The notes under the pieces: generated by a model | Database searches by the model: none | What the model saw: only the letters and a program-made list of their open reading frames with translations | Told to the model about the DNA's origin: nothing | Assembly: GCA_947304135.1 (NCBI GenBank) | Contig: CAMYZZ010000001.1 | Coordinates: 24,872 to 88,871, forward strand | Length of the DNA: 64,000 nt | Direction of reading: 5' to 3' | Origin: an uncultured Candidatus Saccharibacteria bacterium | GTDB lineage: Bacteria; Patescibacteriota; Saccharimonadia; Saccharimonadales; Saccharimonadaceae | In this document: piece after piece, positions 34,226 to 43,142 of the stretch | How the letters are laid out: the number at the start of each line of letters is the position of its first letter | Numbering within the stretch: the stretch's first letter is position 1 | Position numbers and translations under genes: made by a program

Positions 34226-35913
34226 TAGTGTCGGATTTTGGTGATGAGACTATGGAAGAAATAGATGATTTCGCGACGGAATTGGAAGACGACGTAGACT
34301 AGACCAAGTCCGGCTATGGCAAGAATAGCCCAAAGTGCAACAAACGAGGTTTGGTCTTCTGTATTTGTAATTGGCACAACGGGATAATCGGCGCCGGAAT
34401 TGTTTTTGATTTTGCGGCAACGGTTGGTTTCTGGGTTTCGTTCGTAACCTTCTTGACATGGAGCTTGTTCACTATCTTTTGATGAGTAGGATTTGCAACG
34501 GCCAGTTTCTGGATTTCTGTATTTCCCTGCCCCACAATCATTAAGTGAAGATTTCATAGTCGAGACATTGACACAGTTGCCGGTCAACACATTAATGATT
34601 TTACCAGCAGGACAAGTTTGGAATTCTTGAAAGACGTTAGCGGATCCGGGAGTTATATTATATGTGATTTGCCAAATCTCTGAGCCATCCGGATTGTGGC
34701 CAGTGAGGGCGTAGGAGGTCTTTTTCTTTTGGCCGTGCGGGAGACTTAGAGAATCTACGATATCGCCGTTTGTGTCGACAATTTCAAACAGTAGATCAGA
34801 TGTTGGGTTTTTGGTAAGAGCGGTTTCTGGACGATAGACGTAATACGCGCCCGGAAGAACCAAAGAAGAAGGCGTAGAATTGAGAGCCGCAGGACTAGCT
34901 AGGTTGTAGAGCTTCTTTTTGTAGCGCAAGCTGCACTTTGAGATGTCGACGGACTTTTCTGAGCTATTGTAAATTTCGATAAATTGCTCGGAGGGATTAT
35001 CGGAATAGTATGTTAGAATCTCGGAAAATTTTAGTCCGGTGCAGACCGGCGAAGCGCTGGGATTAAAGCCAGACGATGCGTTGGTTTTGGAAGAGGAAGA
35101 TGAAGTCGAGCCAGAATCGTTAGAAGCTGACGAGGCTGAGTCGGGTGCTTCTGGAGGGAGGTATAAGCCGGAGGATTCTGGGCTAAATAATAGTTCTGGA
35201 TTATTTACGTGAGAGTATTCGCCAGTTTCATCGTCTCGTAAAATCGTTGTGTAGGACCGGGATTTGACCGTGGTCGAAAAAACCGGAAGACAGCCTTCTT
35301 CGCCCGTCCAGCAGACTTGGCTGAGAGCTGTTTCAGATTCAGTAGCGCCGATAATAGAATCCGAATTGGCACTCGTGGAAGGTTTAATTAGGGCTAGCGA
35401 GCCAGCCATAGCGATTGATGTATCATAGACCAAATCCTCGGCATCATCAGAGACTTCTGGTGCGCCAGAATATCTCAATAAAATCGACCCGCCGACGAAT
35501 CGTGCGCCAGCTGGAAATTCATAAAGAACCGTGGGATTTGCTGCGGATTTTGATTTGTAGACAAGCTGTAATCCGTCTAGCAAAACTTCGTCATCAGACA
35601 GGTTGATCAGCTCAATTAGCTCGCCGGTGTTTTTCCCAGCATCTGTAGTATAGCCAGGATTAACGGCGCGGATGGCGACATTATCCGAACTGGCCAAGGC
35701 GGCGCTTGCAATACTTGCTACTTCATTTTCTGGACTAGAGGCTAAAGTAGCAGAATCACCCTCTAGTGATAAGGTCCTTAGAGTGGTTACTCCAGACAGT
35801 AAGCCACTCGGCGCGCTAACGGCAGAAGCTGGGCAAGCAACGCTGCTAGCACACAAGACCAATACCGGAAGTGGAAAGAGTATTGCCCTTGAAGCTGATT
35901 GTAAAGAACACAT
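34225..35913 (-). CDS. Lamin-tail-domain surface protein with Cys-motif repeats and C-terminal TM anchor
   Basis: ELIELINLS and LKFSEIL..EQFIEIYN LTD motifs, ITPGSAN, three CxxGxxxNPxTxxC-like repeats. Confidence 0.8.
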   Translation of the reverse strand: MCSLQSASRAILFPLPVLVLCASSVACPASAVSAPSGLLSGVTTLRTLSLEGDSATLASSPENEVASIASAALASSDNVAIRAVNPGYTTDAGKNTGELIELINLSDDEVLLDGLQLVYKSKSAANPTVLYEFPAGARFVGGSILLRYSGAPEVSDDAEDLVYDTSIAMAGSLALIKPSTSANSDSIIGATESETALSQVCWTGEEGCLPVFSTTVKSRSYTTILRDDETGEYSHVNNPELLFSPESSGLYLPPEAPDSASSASNDSGSTSSSSSKTNASSGFNPSASPVCTGLKFSEILTYYSDNPSEQFIEIYNSSEKSVDISKCSLRYKKKLYNLASPAALNSTPSSLVLPGAYYVYRPETALTKNPTSDLLFEIVDTNGDIVDSLSLPHGQKKKTSYALTGHNPDGSEIWQITYNITPGSANVFQEFQTCPAGKIINVLTGNCVNVSTMKSSLNDCGAGKYRNPETGRCKSYSSKDSEQAPCQEGYERNPETNRCRKIKNNSGADYPVVPITNTEDQTSFVALWAILAIAGLGLVYVVFQFRREIIYFFHSLITKIRH

Positions 35914-35978
35914 AGTGGCAGTCTAGCATGCGGGAAATTATCTTTCAAGCATAAGCAAAATGTTATATAATATATAGT

Positions 35979-36671
35979 ATGGATCATGATATCTTTATCG
36001 TAGTGTTGGCCGGGCTAATCCACGCGATGCTGCAGCTTGGCGTTGGGACGCTACTTTTGCTTTATCATGCAAGCGCAGGTAAACATATTAAAAGAAAAAC
36101 TGGCGAGCTTGCAACTAGTTATATTTTTGGAAATGGCTTTTTGATACTCACTATGGTCGCCGCAATTGCTTTTGTAATTTGGACGATTTTTGGAGATAAA
36201 ATGAATCCGGCGATGATGACCATCGCTGTCGGAATTTTGGTTGCTCTGTCGGCTTCGGTCTGGCTGTTTTATTATCGTTGGGGTGGTAAAAGTACCGAGT
36301 TATGGTTGCCGAAATCTGTGGCAAAATTCATTAATAAGCGCGCGAATTTGACCGATAACAATACCGAGGCTTTTGGGCTGGGGCTACTGGCCTGTTTTGC
36401 AGAGCTGCCTTTTACAATAATGCTGATGATAGCGGCCGCAAATAGTATACTGAGTCTCCCCGAAGGATTGAGACTTTTTATGACGACAGTTTATGCACTA
36501 CTTTCGGTTTCTCCAATGGTCGCTTTTCGCATTGCTATCACAAATGGTCAGACGGTTGTCGATATTCAAAAGTGGCGTCTTAAAAATAAGAATTTTCTCC
36601 GCGTTTGGTCGGGTGCGGCGTTTGCTGTTTTAGCATTCTTCTTGTTAGCATTTAAAATTATCGGAGGCTAG
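35979..36671 (+). CDS. Hypothetical multi-pass membrane protein
   Basis: About six hydrophobic segments; ATG 7 nt after TATAAT. Confidence 0.75.
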   Translation: MDHDIFIVVLAGLIHAMLQLGVGTLLLLYHASAGKHIKRKTGELATSYIFGNGFLILTMVAAIAFVIWTIFGDKMNPAMMTIAVGILVALSASVWLFYYRWGGKSTELWLPKSVAKFINKRANLTDNNTEAFGLGLLACFAELPFTIMLMIAAANSILSLPEGLRLFMTTVYALLSVSPMVAFRIAITNGQTVVDIQKWRLKNKNFLRVWSGAAFAVLAFFLLAFKIIGG

Positions 36672-36674
36672 GTG

Positions 36675-36974
36675 ATGTTTAAAAAAGCAAAAGCGAAATC
36701 AAAATTAGCAGAAGCGCAATCGGCAAAAACACGAGCGGAATTGTTCACCAAAGAGCTTGTGGTAAAAGATTTACTAAAACAAGCACGAGCATTAAATATC
36801 TCAGAGGCTGTTGTGGAGGAGTATGCTGGCAAGGTGGGAGAGAAAGTTGAGAAGTGGGTGCGAGCTCGCGGTGGAGTAACAGAAGATGATGTTAACTCGA
36901 TAATCGCAAGAGAAATCAAGAAATATAACAGAGATATTGCGTTTATCTATGAGAATCGTGGTAAAATTATTTAG
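36675..36974 (+). CDS. Hypothetical small helical protein
   Basis: SD GGAGG 7 nt upstream; in operon between neighbours. Confidence 0.75.
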   Translation: MFKKAKAKSKLAEAQSAKTRAELFTKELVVKDLLKQARALNISEAVVEEYAGKVGEKVEKWVRARGGVTEDDVNSIIAREIKKYNRDIAFIYENRGKII

Positions 36975-36983
36975 AGGACAGAT

Positions 36984-38366
36984 ATGGGAAAAAGATTTGA
37001 CTTTGAATATATAGTGATAGGTGGCGGTCCAGCCGGGATTACCGCTGCAACTCAACTCGCAGAGGCTGGCAGAAAAGTTGCAATTGTCGAAAAGAGCAAG
37101 TTGGGCGGGTCTGACGTTTGTTATAGGAACATGCCTCAGAAGGCGCTTAATAGTTTTTCTCATCTTTATTCAGAAGCGGTTGCTGGCGCAAGATTTGGGA
37201 TGTCTTCAGCAAGCATGAGATATAACTATCCGACGGTTCAGCATTGGAAGGAGCGTGCAGTTGATCGAGCAACAAAGGTTAATTCCAAGAAAGGCTTGGA
37301 AGAGATTGGTATAACCGTCCTAAGAGGGCAGGCTCACTTTGTAGGCCCATATGACGTCGTGGTTGGCGGGCAAGATAAGCAAGTTTCTGCAAGTAAGTTT
37401 TTGATTGCGACAGGCTCTGTTCTTAATACAGACGGGATTTCCGGAATTGACGCCGTACCATTTTATACGGCAGAGTCGATTTTGAGCATTCCGCGCGTAC
37501 CGAAAACGGCACTGATTGTCGGCGGTGGAGCTTCGGGATGCGAGGTTGCGCAATATCTTGCAGAACTCGGGACAAAGGTTGTGCTTGTCGAGGCCGCAGA
37601 TTCTATTCTTCCAAATGAGAACGAAGAAGTTGGCCGTGTGATGAGCGAGTACCTCGCAAAGCGAAATGGTATTAAATTCTTTACTAAAACAAAAGTTATC
37701 GCACTGGAAAGAGATAAGGTATCGGCTCGGGTGGTCTTTGTCCGGGGCGGACAGGAACGCACAGTGCGCGTTGAGACGATCGTTCTTGCAACTGGCAGTA
37801 AACCAGCAATAGACATTGGCCTAAAAAATGCGAAGGTTAGCTTTGATAAGAATGGGATTATTGCCGATAAGACACTCCAGACTAGCGCAAGAAACATTTT
37901 TGTGGCTGGTGATGTACTAGGCGGACAGAGCTCAACAGAAAGAGCTGTTTATTCTGCTGAAGTGGCTGTAGCAAACATGATTGGTAGGAATAAGAAGTTT
38001 GCTAACTATGCTGGTTTTATGAGAATAGTTGATACTGACCCACAGATTGCTTCGGTTGGAAGGACGGAAGCTGAGTTAGCAGCAAAAAAGCGAAAATATA
38101 AGCGTGTGTTTGTGCCACTTTCTAGCATTTCTGCGTCTATCGCGGCGGACTTTAGAATTGGATTCTTGAAAATTTTGGCAGATTCACAAGGAAAAATTTT
38201 GGGTGCTACCATGGTTGGCCCACATGCGGCAGATGTATTGCAGGAAATTTCTCTGGCAATCCGTCATGATTTGCCACTGGTTCAAATCGCAAGCACGCCA
38301 CATCCAGCCAACGAATGGTCGGCAATAGTGAAGCTGGCAGCAAGAAGATTACTGCTTTCTAAGTAA
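36984..38366 (+). CDS. FAD-dependent pyridine nucleotide-disulfide oxidoreductase family protein (LpdA-like) without the canonical CxxxxC
   Basis: IGGGPAG, LIATGS, IVGGGASG, IFVAGD, HPANE; active-site region reads LGGSDVCYRNMPQKAL. Confidence 0.85.
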   Translation: MGKRFDFEYIVIGGGPAGITAATQLAEAGRKVAIVEKSKLGGSDVCYRNMPQKALNSFSHLYSEAVAGARFGMSSASMRYNYPTVQHWKERAVDRATKVNSKKGLEEIGITVLRGQAHFVGPYDVVVGGQDKQVSASKFLIATGSVLNTDGISGIDAVPFYTAESILSIPRVPKTALIVGGGASGCEVAQYLAELGTKVVLVEAADSILPNENEEVGRVMSEYLAKRNGIKFFTKTKVIALERDKVSARVVFVRGGQERTVRVETIVLATGSKPAIDIGLKNAKVSFDKNGIIADKTLQTSARNIFVAGDVLGGQSSTERAVYSAEVAVANMIGRNKKFANYAGFMRIVDTDPQIASVGRTEAELAAKKRKYKRVFVPLSSISASIAADFRIGFLKILADSQGKILGATMVGPHAADVLQEISLAIRHDLPLVQIASTPHPANEWSAIVKLAARRLLLSK

Positions 38367-38369
38367 AAC

Positions 38370-38409
38370 AAAATAGACGCCGCTATGGGGGAATAGTGGC
38401 GTCTATTTT
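38370..38409. terminator. Bidirectional terminator
   Basis: AAAATAGACGCC...GGCGTCTATTTT. Confidence 0.8.
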
Positions 38410-38457
38410 GTTCGCGAAGTTGGTGAAAAGCGGCGTGGCTTTTCTTTCGTGAAAACA

Positions 38458-38534
38458 TGGTGGCGGGAGTTGGATTTGAACCAACGACCTTTTGGTTATG
38501 AGCCAAACGAGCTACCAGGCTGCTCTATCCCGCG
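38458..38534 (-). tRNA. Initiator tRNA-fMet(CAU) with atypical anticodon stem
   Basis: CGCGGGA 5' end with a C1:C72 mismatch, GAGCAGCCTGGTAGCTC D-arm as in fMet tRNAs; stem TTTGG-CTCATAA-CCAAA. Confidence 0.9.
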
Positions 38535-38610
38535 ACATAATGAAGATACTGAGCTAGCGTTTCTAGCTCTGTTATGTATTGTAGCACAAGTAACCAAAAA
38601 AGTCAACAGA

Positions 38611-39897
38611 TTAGACTCTACCAGAGTTGCCGCAGGTGCTGGCATTGCCATTTTGGACGAGCCAACAGTTTTTGGTAGCCCAGAGATTTTTCTCAAGTGC
38701 ATCGGAGACTTCTATCACGAACTCTGGGTATGGGAAGCCAGTATCGACAAGTTCAATGCGGGTTTCTACACGACGATACATATCGTTGGCTCGGCCAGTG
38801 GAATCAACGCGAGCCTGGACTGCAGTAAATGTGCGAGTATTTTCTGAGCCGCCGCCAGAAACACTGGTAGCACAGGCCTCGTTGTTGCAGAGACTAATTG
38901 AGAAGTCGGTGGCTGGGGCGCCATAAGGTAAAGTCACGCGGAAGAAGAAGGTGTTGGGGTTGCGGTTGGCGCCAGTATTACCATTGTATGTTGGCGGGAG
39001 TTGGATGTAGGTGCCACAGTAGAAACCATCTGCGTTAGAGGAGGAGCCACAGTTGACATTGATTGGGGTATTGTCGGATTTGTCAGAGACGTCAAGTACA
39101 CGACCGGAGTTGATAGAATTAGTGCCTCCTGTGGAAACCGGATTTAGAACAAGCATTGCATGATCAGTTCCCTTGCCAGAAGTGCCATTATTGACGGATA
39201 GTTCGCCAAGTGAGAAGGTCATGTCGGTCTGGACAAACTCAAAGGTTACGACTGGCGGAGCATAGGATTTACTGAGGTTATTTGACCTTAGGGTGGTGCC
39301 CATCATGTTGTTACCGTCGCCGTTGTTGTCGGAATACCATTGGAAATAGACACCTGTAATATCATCAATAGAATCTGCACGAACAGGAATAATGCGTTGG
39401 CGATTGTCTGCATTGAGATAGGCACGATAATCTTCTAACTCTTCTTCGATCGTCACACATGTGTAAGCCTGATCAAGAACGGTGGCTTTGTTTTCGCTGG
39501 TGGAGTTTGTCTCTTGGACCATGACCTCGCCACTATCTTCTTTTGGACGATTGAGAACATTGGAAACCGTGTCACAGGATTTGTCGCGGATTCCGTCTTG
39601 CATGGCTGCAACAATGTAACTACAGGTGCCTTTCGGAGCAGTGATACTGCCGGTCTTAGTGCCGCTACTGAGACACTGGTGATATTTGAGCAGGGCAACT
39701 TTTGCATCTTCTATGCCAGCGAGGGCGGAGTCGTAGGCGGACTGAGAGAGATCATAGTTGCTAGTCTGCTCAGCTTCGGAAATCATAATGCGGACAAAAC
39801 TAATTGTCAAAATGCTGAGCACCATAGTAGTAAAGACTACTACGTAGATTGACGTGGCGCCTTTCTTAGTGCTTATGGTTTTCTTGAAACTTCTCAT
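38611..39897 (-). CDS. PilX/GspK-like minor pilin
   Basis: KKG|ATSIYVVV class III signal without E5; SQSAYDSALAGIEDAK. Confidence 0.8.
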   Translation of the reverse strand: MRSFKKTISTKKGATSIYVVVFTTMVLSILTISFVRIMISEAEQTSNYDLSQSAYDSALAGIEDAKVALLKYHQCLSSGTKTGSITAPKGTCSYIVAAMQDGIRDKSCDTVSNVLNRPKEDSGEVMVQETNSTSENKATVLDQAYTCVTIEEELEDYRAYLNADNRQRIIPVRADSIDDITGVYFQWYSDNNGDGNNMMGTTLRSNNLSKSYAPPVVTFEFVQTDMTFSLGELSVNNGTSGKGTDHAMLVLNPVSTGGTNSINSGRVLDVSDKSDNTPINVNCGSSSNADGFYCGTYIQLPPTYNGNTGANRNPNTFFFRVTLPYGAPATDFSISLCNNEACATSVSGGGSENTRTFTAVQARVDSTGRANDMYRRVETRIELVDTGFPYPEFVIEVSDALEKNLWATKNCWLVQNGNASTCGNSGRV

Positions 39898-39920
39898 GGT
39901 TATTCCCTTTCCTCCTATGC

Positions 39921-40787
39921 TTAGTAGTGTCCCATGGCAGAGCGGTCAGCGTCAGTGAGCTCGCCGGTGGCGCGGACGGCAAAATTAAATTTGTTAACGG
40001 CACAGTAATTAAATTCGGTATCTAGACTATCAGTAGATGGGGCGGTACAGAAATCGCCTGTAGACATGATATTGACACCACCTTGGAGAGTGCCAAGAAT
40101 GAAAGTGATAGAGTAGAAGGAGTGCTGAGTAATAGCGTGGGAAGCTGCTGGGAACGGAACAAAGTCGTAGAGAGTGAGATTGTCTTCCGAACCGGAAAGA
40201 AGCTCAATCGGGTTATCATCCGAAGAAAGATTATAGGAATATTTGTTACCACCATTGCCACTGTAACGATAGGAGTTGCTATTCATGTAAGCACCACAAA
40301 GTTTGCGATCGTCATCGTTGACACGCATAATACGGAATTTGTCCCCATAATTAATATCGTTGACAATTAGCTCGGCACGATGCTTATCATTGGAACTTTT
40401 GAGGGCATAGCCGGTGTTCCAAATATATGAGAAGCGGCCGGTACAGAAAACGCCATGAACCGGAACGTCGGCATCATCAATTCTGGCCGTATCCTGGTGA
40501 TACATGAAGAGGTTTGCTTCGCCTGCTTCGCAAGCTGCGCGAGCGGCTTCGTTGCTGCCATAATAGGAGCTACATAGATATGACACGCCTTTGGACGGGG
40601 CGGAGCTGATACCGCGAGTGAATTCGTCTACCAATTCCCTGCCGGTTGAGTTAACGGCACGGAGGGCGAGACCTTTTTGGTAGATTGACATCATCTGCAT
40701 GATAACCAGTGCGACAGTGATAAGGAGTGTCGCAACAAAAGTCATAGCGATAGTGATTTCTACAATAGTAAATCCGCGGCGTCTCAT
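39921..40787 (-). CDS. Prepilin-type protein (PilW-like)
   Basis: MRRRG|FTIVEITIAMTF. Confidence 0.85.
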   Translation of the reverse strand: MRRRGFTIVEITIAMTFVATLLITVALVIMQMMSIYQKGLALRAVNSTGRELVDEFTRGISSAPSKGVSYLCSSYYGSNEAARAACEAGEANLFMYHQDTARIDDADVPVHGVFCTGRFSYIWNTGYALKSSNDKHRAELIVNDINYGDKFRIMRVNDDDRKLCGAYMNSNSYRYSGNGGNKYSYNLSSDDNPIELLSGSEDNLTLYDFVPFPAASHAITQHSFYSITFILGTLQGGVNIMSTGDFCTAPSTDSLDTEFNYCAVNKFNFAVRATGELTDADRSAMGHY

Positions 40788-41575
40788 TTGGCTTTCTCCA
40801 ATAGTTCTGGGTTATATAGACGGATGATTGTACCGATAGTAGACGGAACGTTGGCGCCTGGGGCGTACCAACAAGTGCGGATATGGAAATCGTAATATTC
40901 TGGAACTCCGGTATAGACAGAGTTGCTAGTGTTTTTGACGCCGGCGATAGTTGTAATCCAGATACCTTCGGCGCTAGCAATAGTGGTGTATTTTTGGCCC
41001 GAAGCTAGGATGTCGTCGTCGGAGTTTTGGTCGTTATTAAGGTTGCCAGTATTGCTATAGATTATGCGCGGATAGAGACTAGTTGGGGAGAACTTAGTCT
41101 GAGAATATGGGATGATAGTATCATTGACGTTTGTAGGATCAATCTTTCTAGTATTAACAACGAAGCCATGGACAGACTGGATGCTATTTGGCTGGCTATT
41201 GTCGTATGGAACTTTGCAGTCTGAATAGTTTAGATCTGGAACATCGGTATAGTCATTAGCGAGGCCGCCAGCAACATTACTGTCGGTGAGACGTTTCCAA
41301 AGAGCCTTGTAAACCTGCTCGGACTCGGCATATTCGCGCTCTGAGAGGAAGGAATTATGAATGAAGCGGAGAGCTTCGGCTTGGGCATCGATTTCGTTTC
41401 TGGCCATAGTGACTTCTAGTGAACCTTGAGCGGTCTCAATGCTATCGTTCATAGCAGCGAGGGAGATAACGGCGACAAGCGAGAAGACAGAAATCGCAAA
41501 GATGACTTCTATAAGGGTGTCGCCACGGCGGAATTTTGCGCGAGCCATTGTAGTGGCTTTTTTAATTATTTGCAT
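40784..41575 (-). CDS. Prepilin-type protein (PilV-like)
   Basis: RRG|DTLIEVIFAISVF; EIDAQAEALR. Confidence 0.85.
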   Translation of the reverse strand: MQIIKKATTMARAKFRRGDTLIEVIFAISVFSLVAVISLAAMNDSIETAQGSLEVTMARNEIDAQAEALRFIHNSFLSEREYAESEQVYKALWKRLTDSNVAGGLANDYTDVPDLNYSDCKVPYDNSQPNSIQSVHGFVVNTRKIDPTNVNDTIIPYSQTKFSPTSLYPRIIYSNTGNLNNDQNSDDDILASGQKYTTIASAEGIWITTIAGVKNTSNSVYTGVPEYYDFHIRTCWYAPGANVPSTIGTIIRLYNPELLEKAK

Positions 41576-42501
41576 CTGTTGTCCTCCGAGTCAGTTTCGA
41601 CGAATTCTACGGCTGAAGTATTGCGACCGTCAGCTTTGATTCGTAAATCACGGCGACTGGAGCCGGCAGCATAAAGATCTGGAGAGTTGATACAAATATC
41701 TACGTCGCCAACTTCAAAATTGTCACGGTTTAGATGGTAGTTGATACCCTGGATAGTGTTGGATTTGGCGATAAGTGAGTTGGCATTACCACCACAGCTA
41801 AAGGCGCCTGCTTCTAACTCTTTAGCAATATTGACCGTGTTGCCTGGTTTGAGACGGTAGGTGTGGACTGCACCAGAGATTGGAGAGCGGATGATCATAT
41901 AGGCGGTTTTTAAGAGGTCGCTACCGCCAGTAGCTTCTAGTCTAGCATCCCAAAGTGGAGTGAAGGTGCTGGAAGTGCCGGCAGTAGAAACGATACACTG
42001 AGTAGAATCAGCTCCATAATCAAAGGCGTAAGCATCAGCACCGACAACTTTTAGTGCGTCAAAAATACTGCTGACGCCACCCTCCGCCTCGGACGAGCGA
42101 AGCTGCCCAACGACTGTGTAGACACGAGCCTTAGTTTCGTCGTTTTCACCAAAGGTAACAAGCTTGCCATAGATAGAACATTTAGAGCGCCCGGCGTGAG
42201 TACCTTCATCTGAGTCAATAATCTTGGCGGAATTGTTATTTTTTAGAGTCTCCACCTGGAATGGGCCAGAACAAAATGATTGATTGAACGCGATATCGTC
42301 GCGGCCGTTTTCAACATTGATAACCTCGGAATAGACGCTGCGCAAAAAATCTTCGACATGTTGAACAGTGTCGGTGTAGCGCTGCGCGGCAACACGAACG
42401 TTGATGGCGCCAAGGATACCAAAAAGCATTAAGCCGGTGACCGCAAGAACAATTGCGGCCTCGACCATGGTGAAACCTTTTTTGATATGACACTTCGCCA
42501 T
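41566..42501 (-). CDS. Prepilin-type protein (FimT/PilE-like)
   Basis: KKG|FTMVEAAIVLAV; ATG 6 nt after TGCTATAAT. Confidence 0.85.
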   Translation of the reverse strand: MAKCHIKKGFTMVEAAIVLAVTGLMLFGILGAINVRVAAQRYTDTVQHVEDFLRSVYSEVINVENGRDDIAFNQSFCSGPFQVETLKNNNSAKIIDSDEGTHAGRSKCSIYGKLVTFGENDETKARVYTVVGQLRSSEAEGGVSSIFDALKVVGADAYAFDYGADSTQCIVSTAGTSSTFTPLWDARLEATGGSDLLKTAYMIIRSPISGAVHTYRLKPGNTVNIAKELEAGAFSCGGNANSLIAKSNTIQGINYHLNRDNFEVGDVDICINSPDLYAAGSSRRDLRIKADGRNTSAVEFVETDSEDNRCK

Positions 42502-42539
42502 GGTATTATTATAGCATTAGCGGAATGAAAAAACGAGGG

Positions 42540-43133
42540 TTATTCGGCGGATTCTTGGTCAGTTTTCTGGTCGGATGATTCATCGGAATCTTGATCTACA
42601 TCTGCACCACATTTATGCGTCCAGTCGTCGTATAGTAGCTGGTATTTAGCGGCTAGATCTGAACTACCAAATTTACCATAAGCATCAGCGAGATGCTGGT
42701 ATAGATAAAGAAGATCTTCCCCGCTAACTGCGTAATACTCTAACTCTTTAAGTGTCATTACGGCGGTATTGTACTTTTGAAGACCATAATAATACTCAGC
42801 TTTGGCTTTCAAGGTTTTAGCATAGCTATTACGCGTATTTTCGTTGTCCGTCTCCTCTAATAGGCGCTTGATATCTGACTCTATCTCTTCGTTGTGGCCG
42901 TTGCTATAATCATAGTTTTGAACTTTCTCATAGAGTTCATCTGCGGTGGCTGGAGCAGTAGCGTCGATGATGTTTCTGGCAATAAAGAATACTCCTACCC
43001 AAATTGTGCCAAAAATTACGGCGATAGATAGTGCGGCAAACGCAATTTTAAACGTTTTATAAGACTTTTTGGTTCTTGTTTTTTTTGGTGCTGGAATGTT
43101 TGACTGAGTGATTTTCTGACGTTTTTTGAACAT
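42540..43133 (-). CDS. Membrane-anchored TPR-like hypothetical protein
   Basis: Basic N-terminus, one TM, KAEYYYGLQKY/LADAYGKFG helical repeats, acidic tail. Confidence 0.7.
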   Translation of the reverse strand: MFKKRQKITQSNIPAPKKTRTKKSYKTFKIAFAALSIAVIFGTIWVGVFFIARNIIDATAPATADELYEKVQNYDYSNGHNEEIESDIKRLLEETDNENTRNSYAKTLKAKAEYYYGLQKYNTAVMTLKELEYYAVSGEDLLYLYQHLADAYGKFGSSDLAAKYQLLYDDWTHKCGADVDQDSDESSDQKTDQESAE

Positions 43134-43142
43134 GGTTGCTCC

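Noticed and set aside
36984-38366. Gene symbol lpdA, merA or gor
   Set aside because: The canonical redox-active CxxxxC is absent and no E1/E2 or mer genes are nearby, so a specific name is unsupported.
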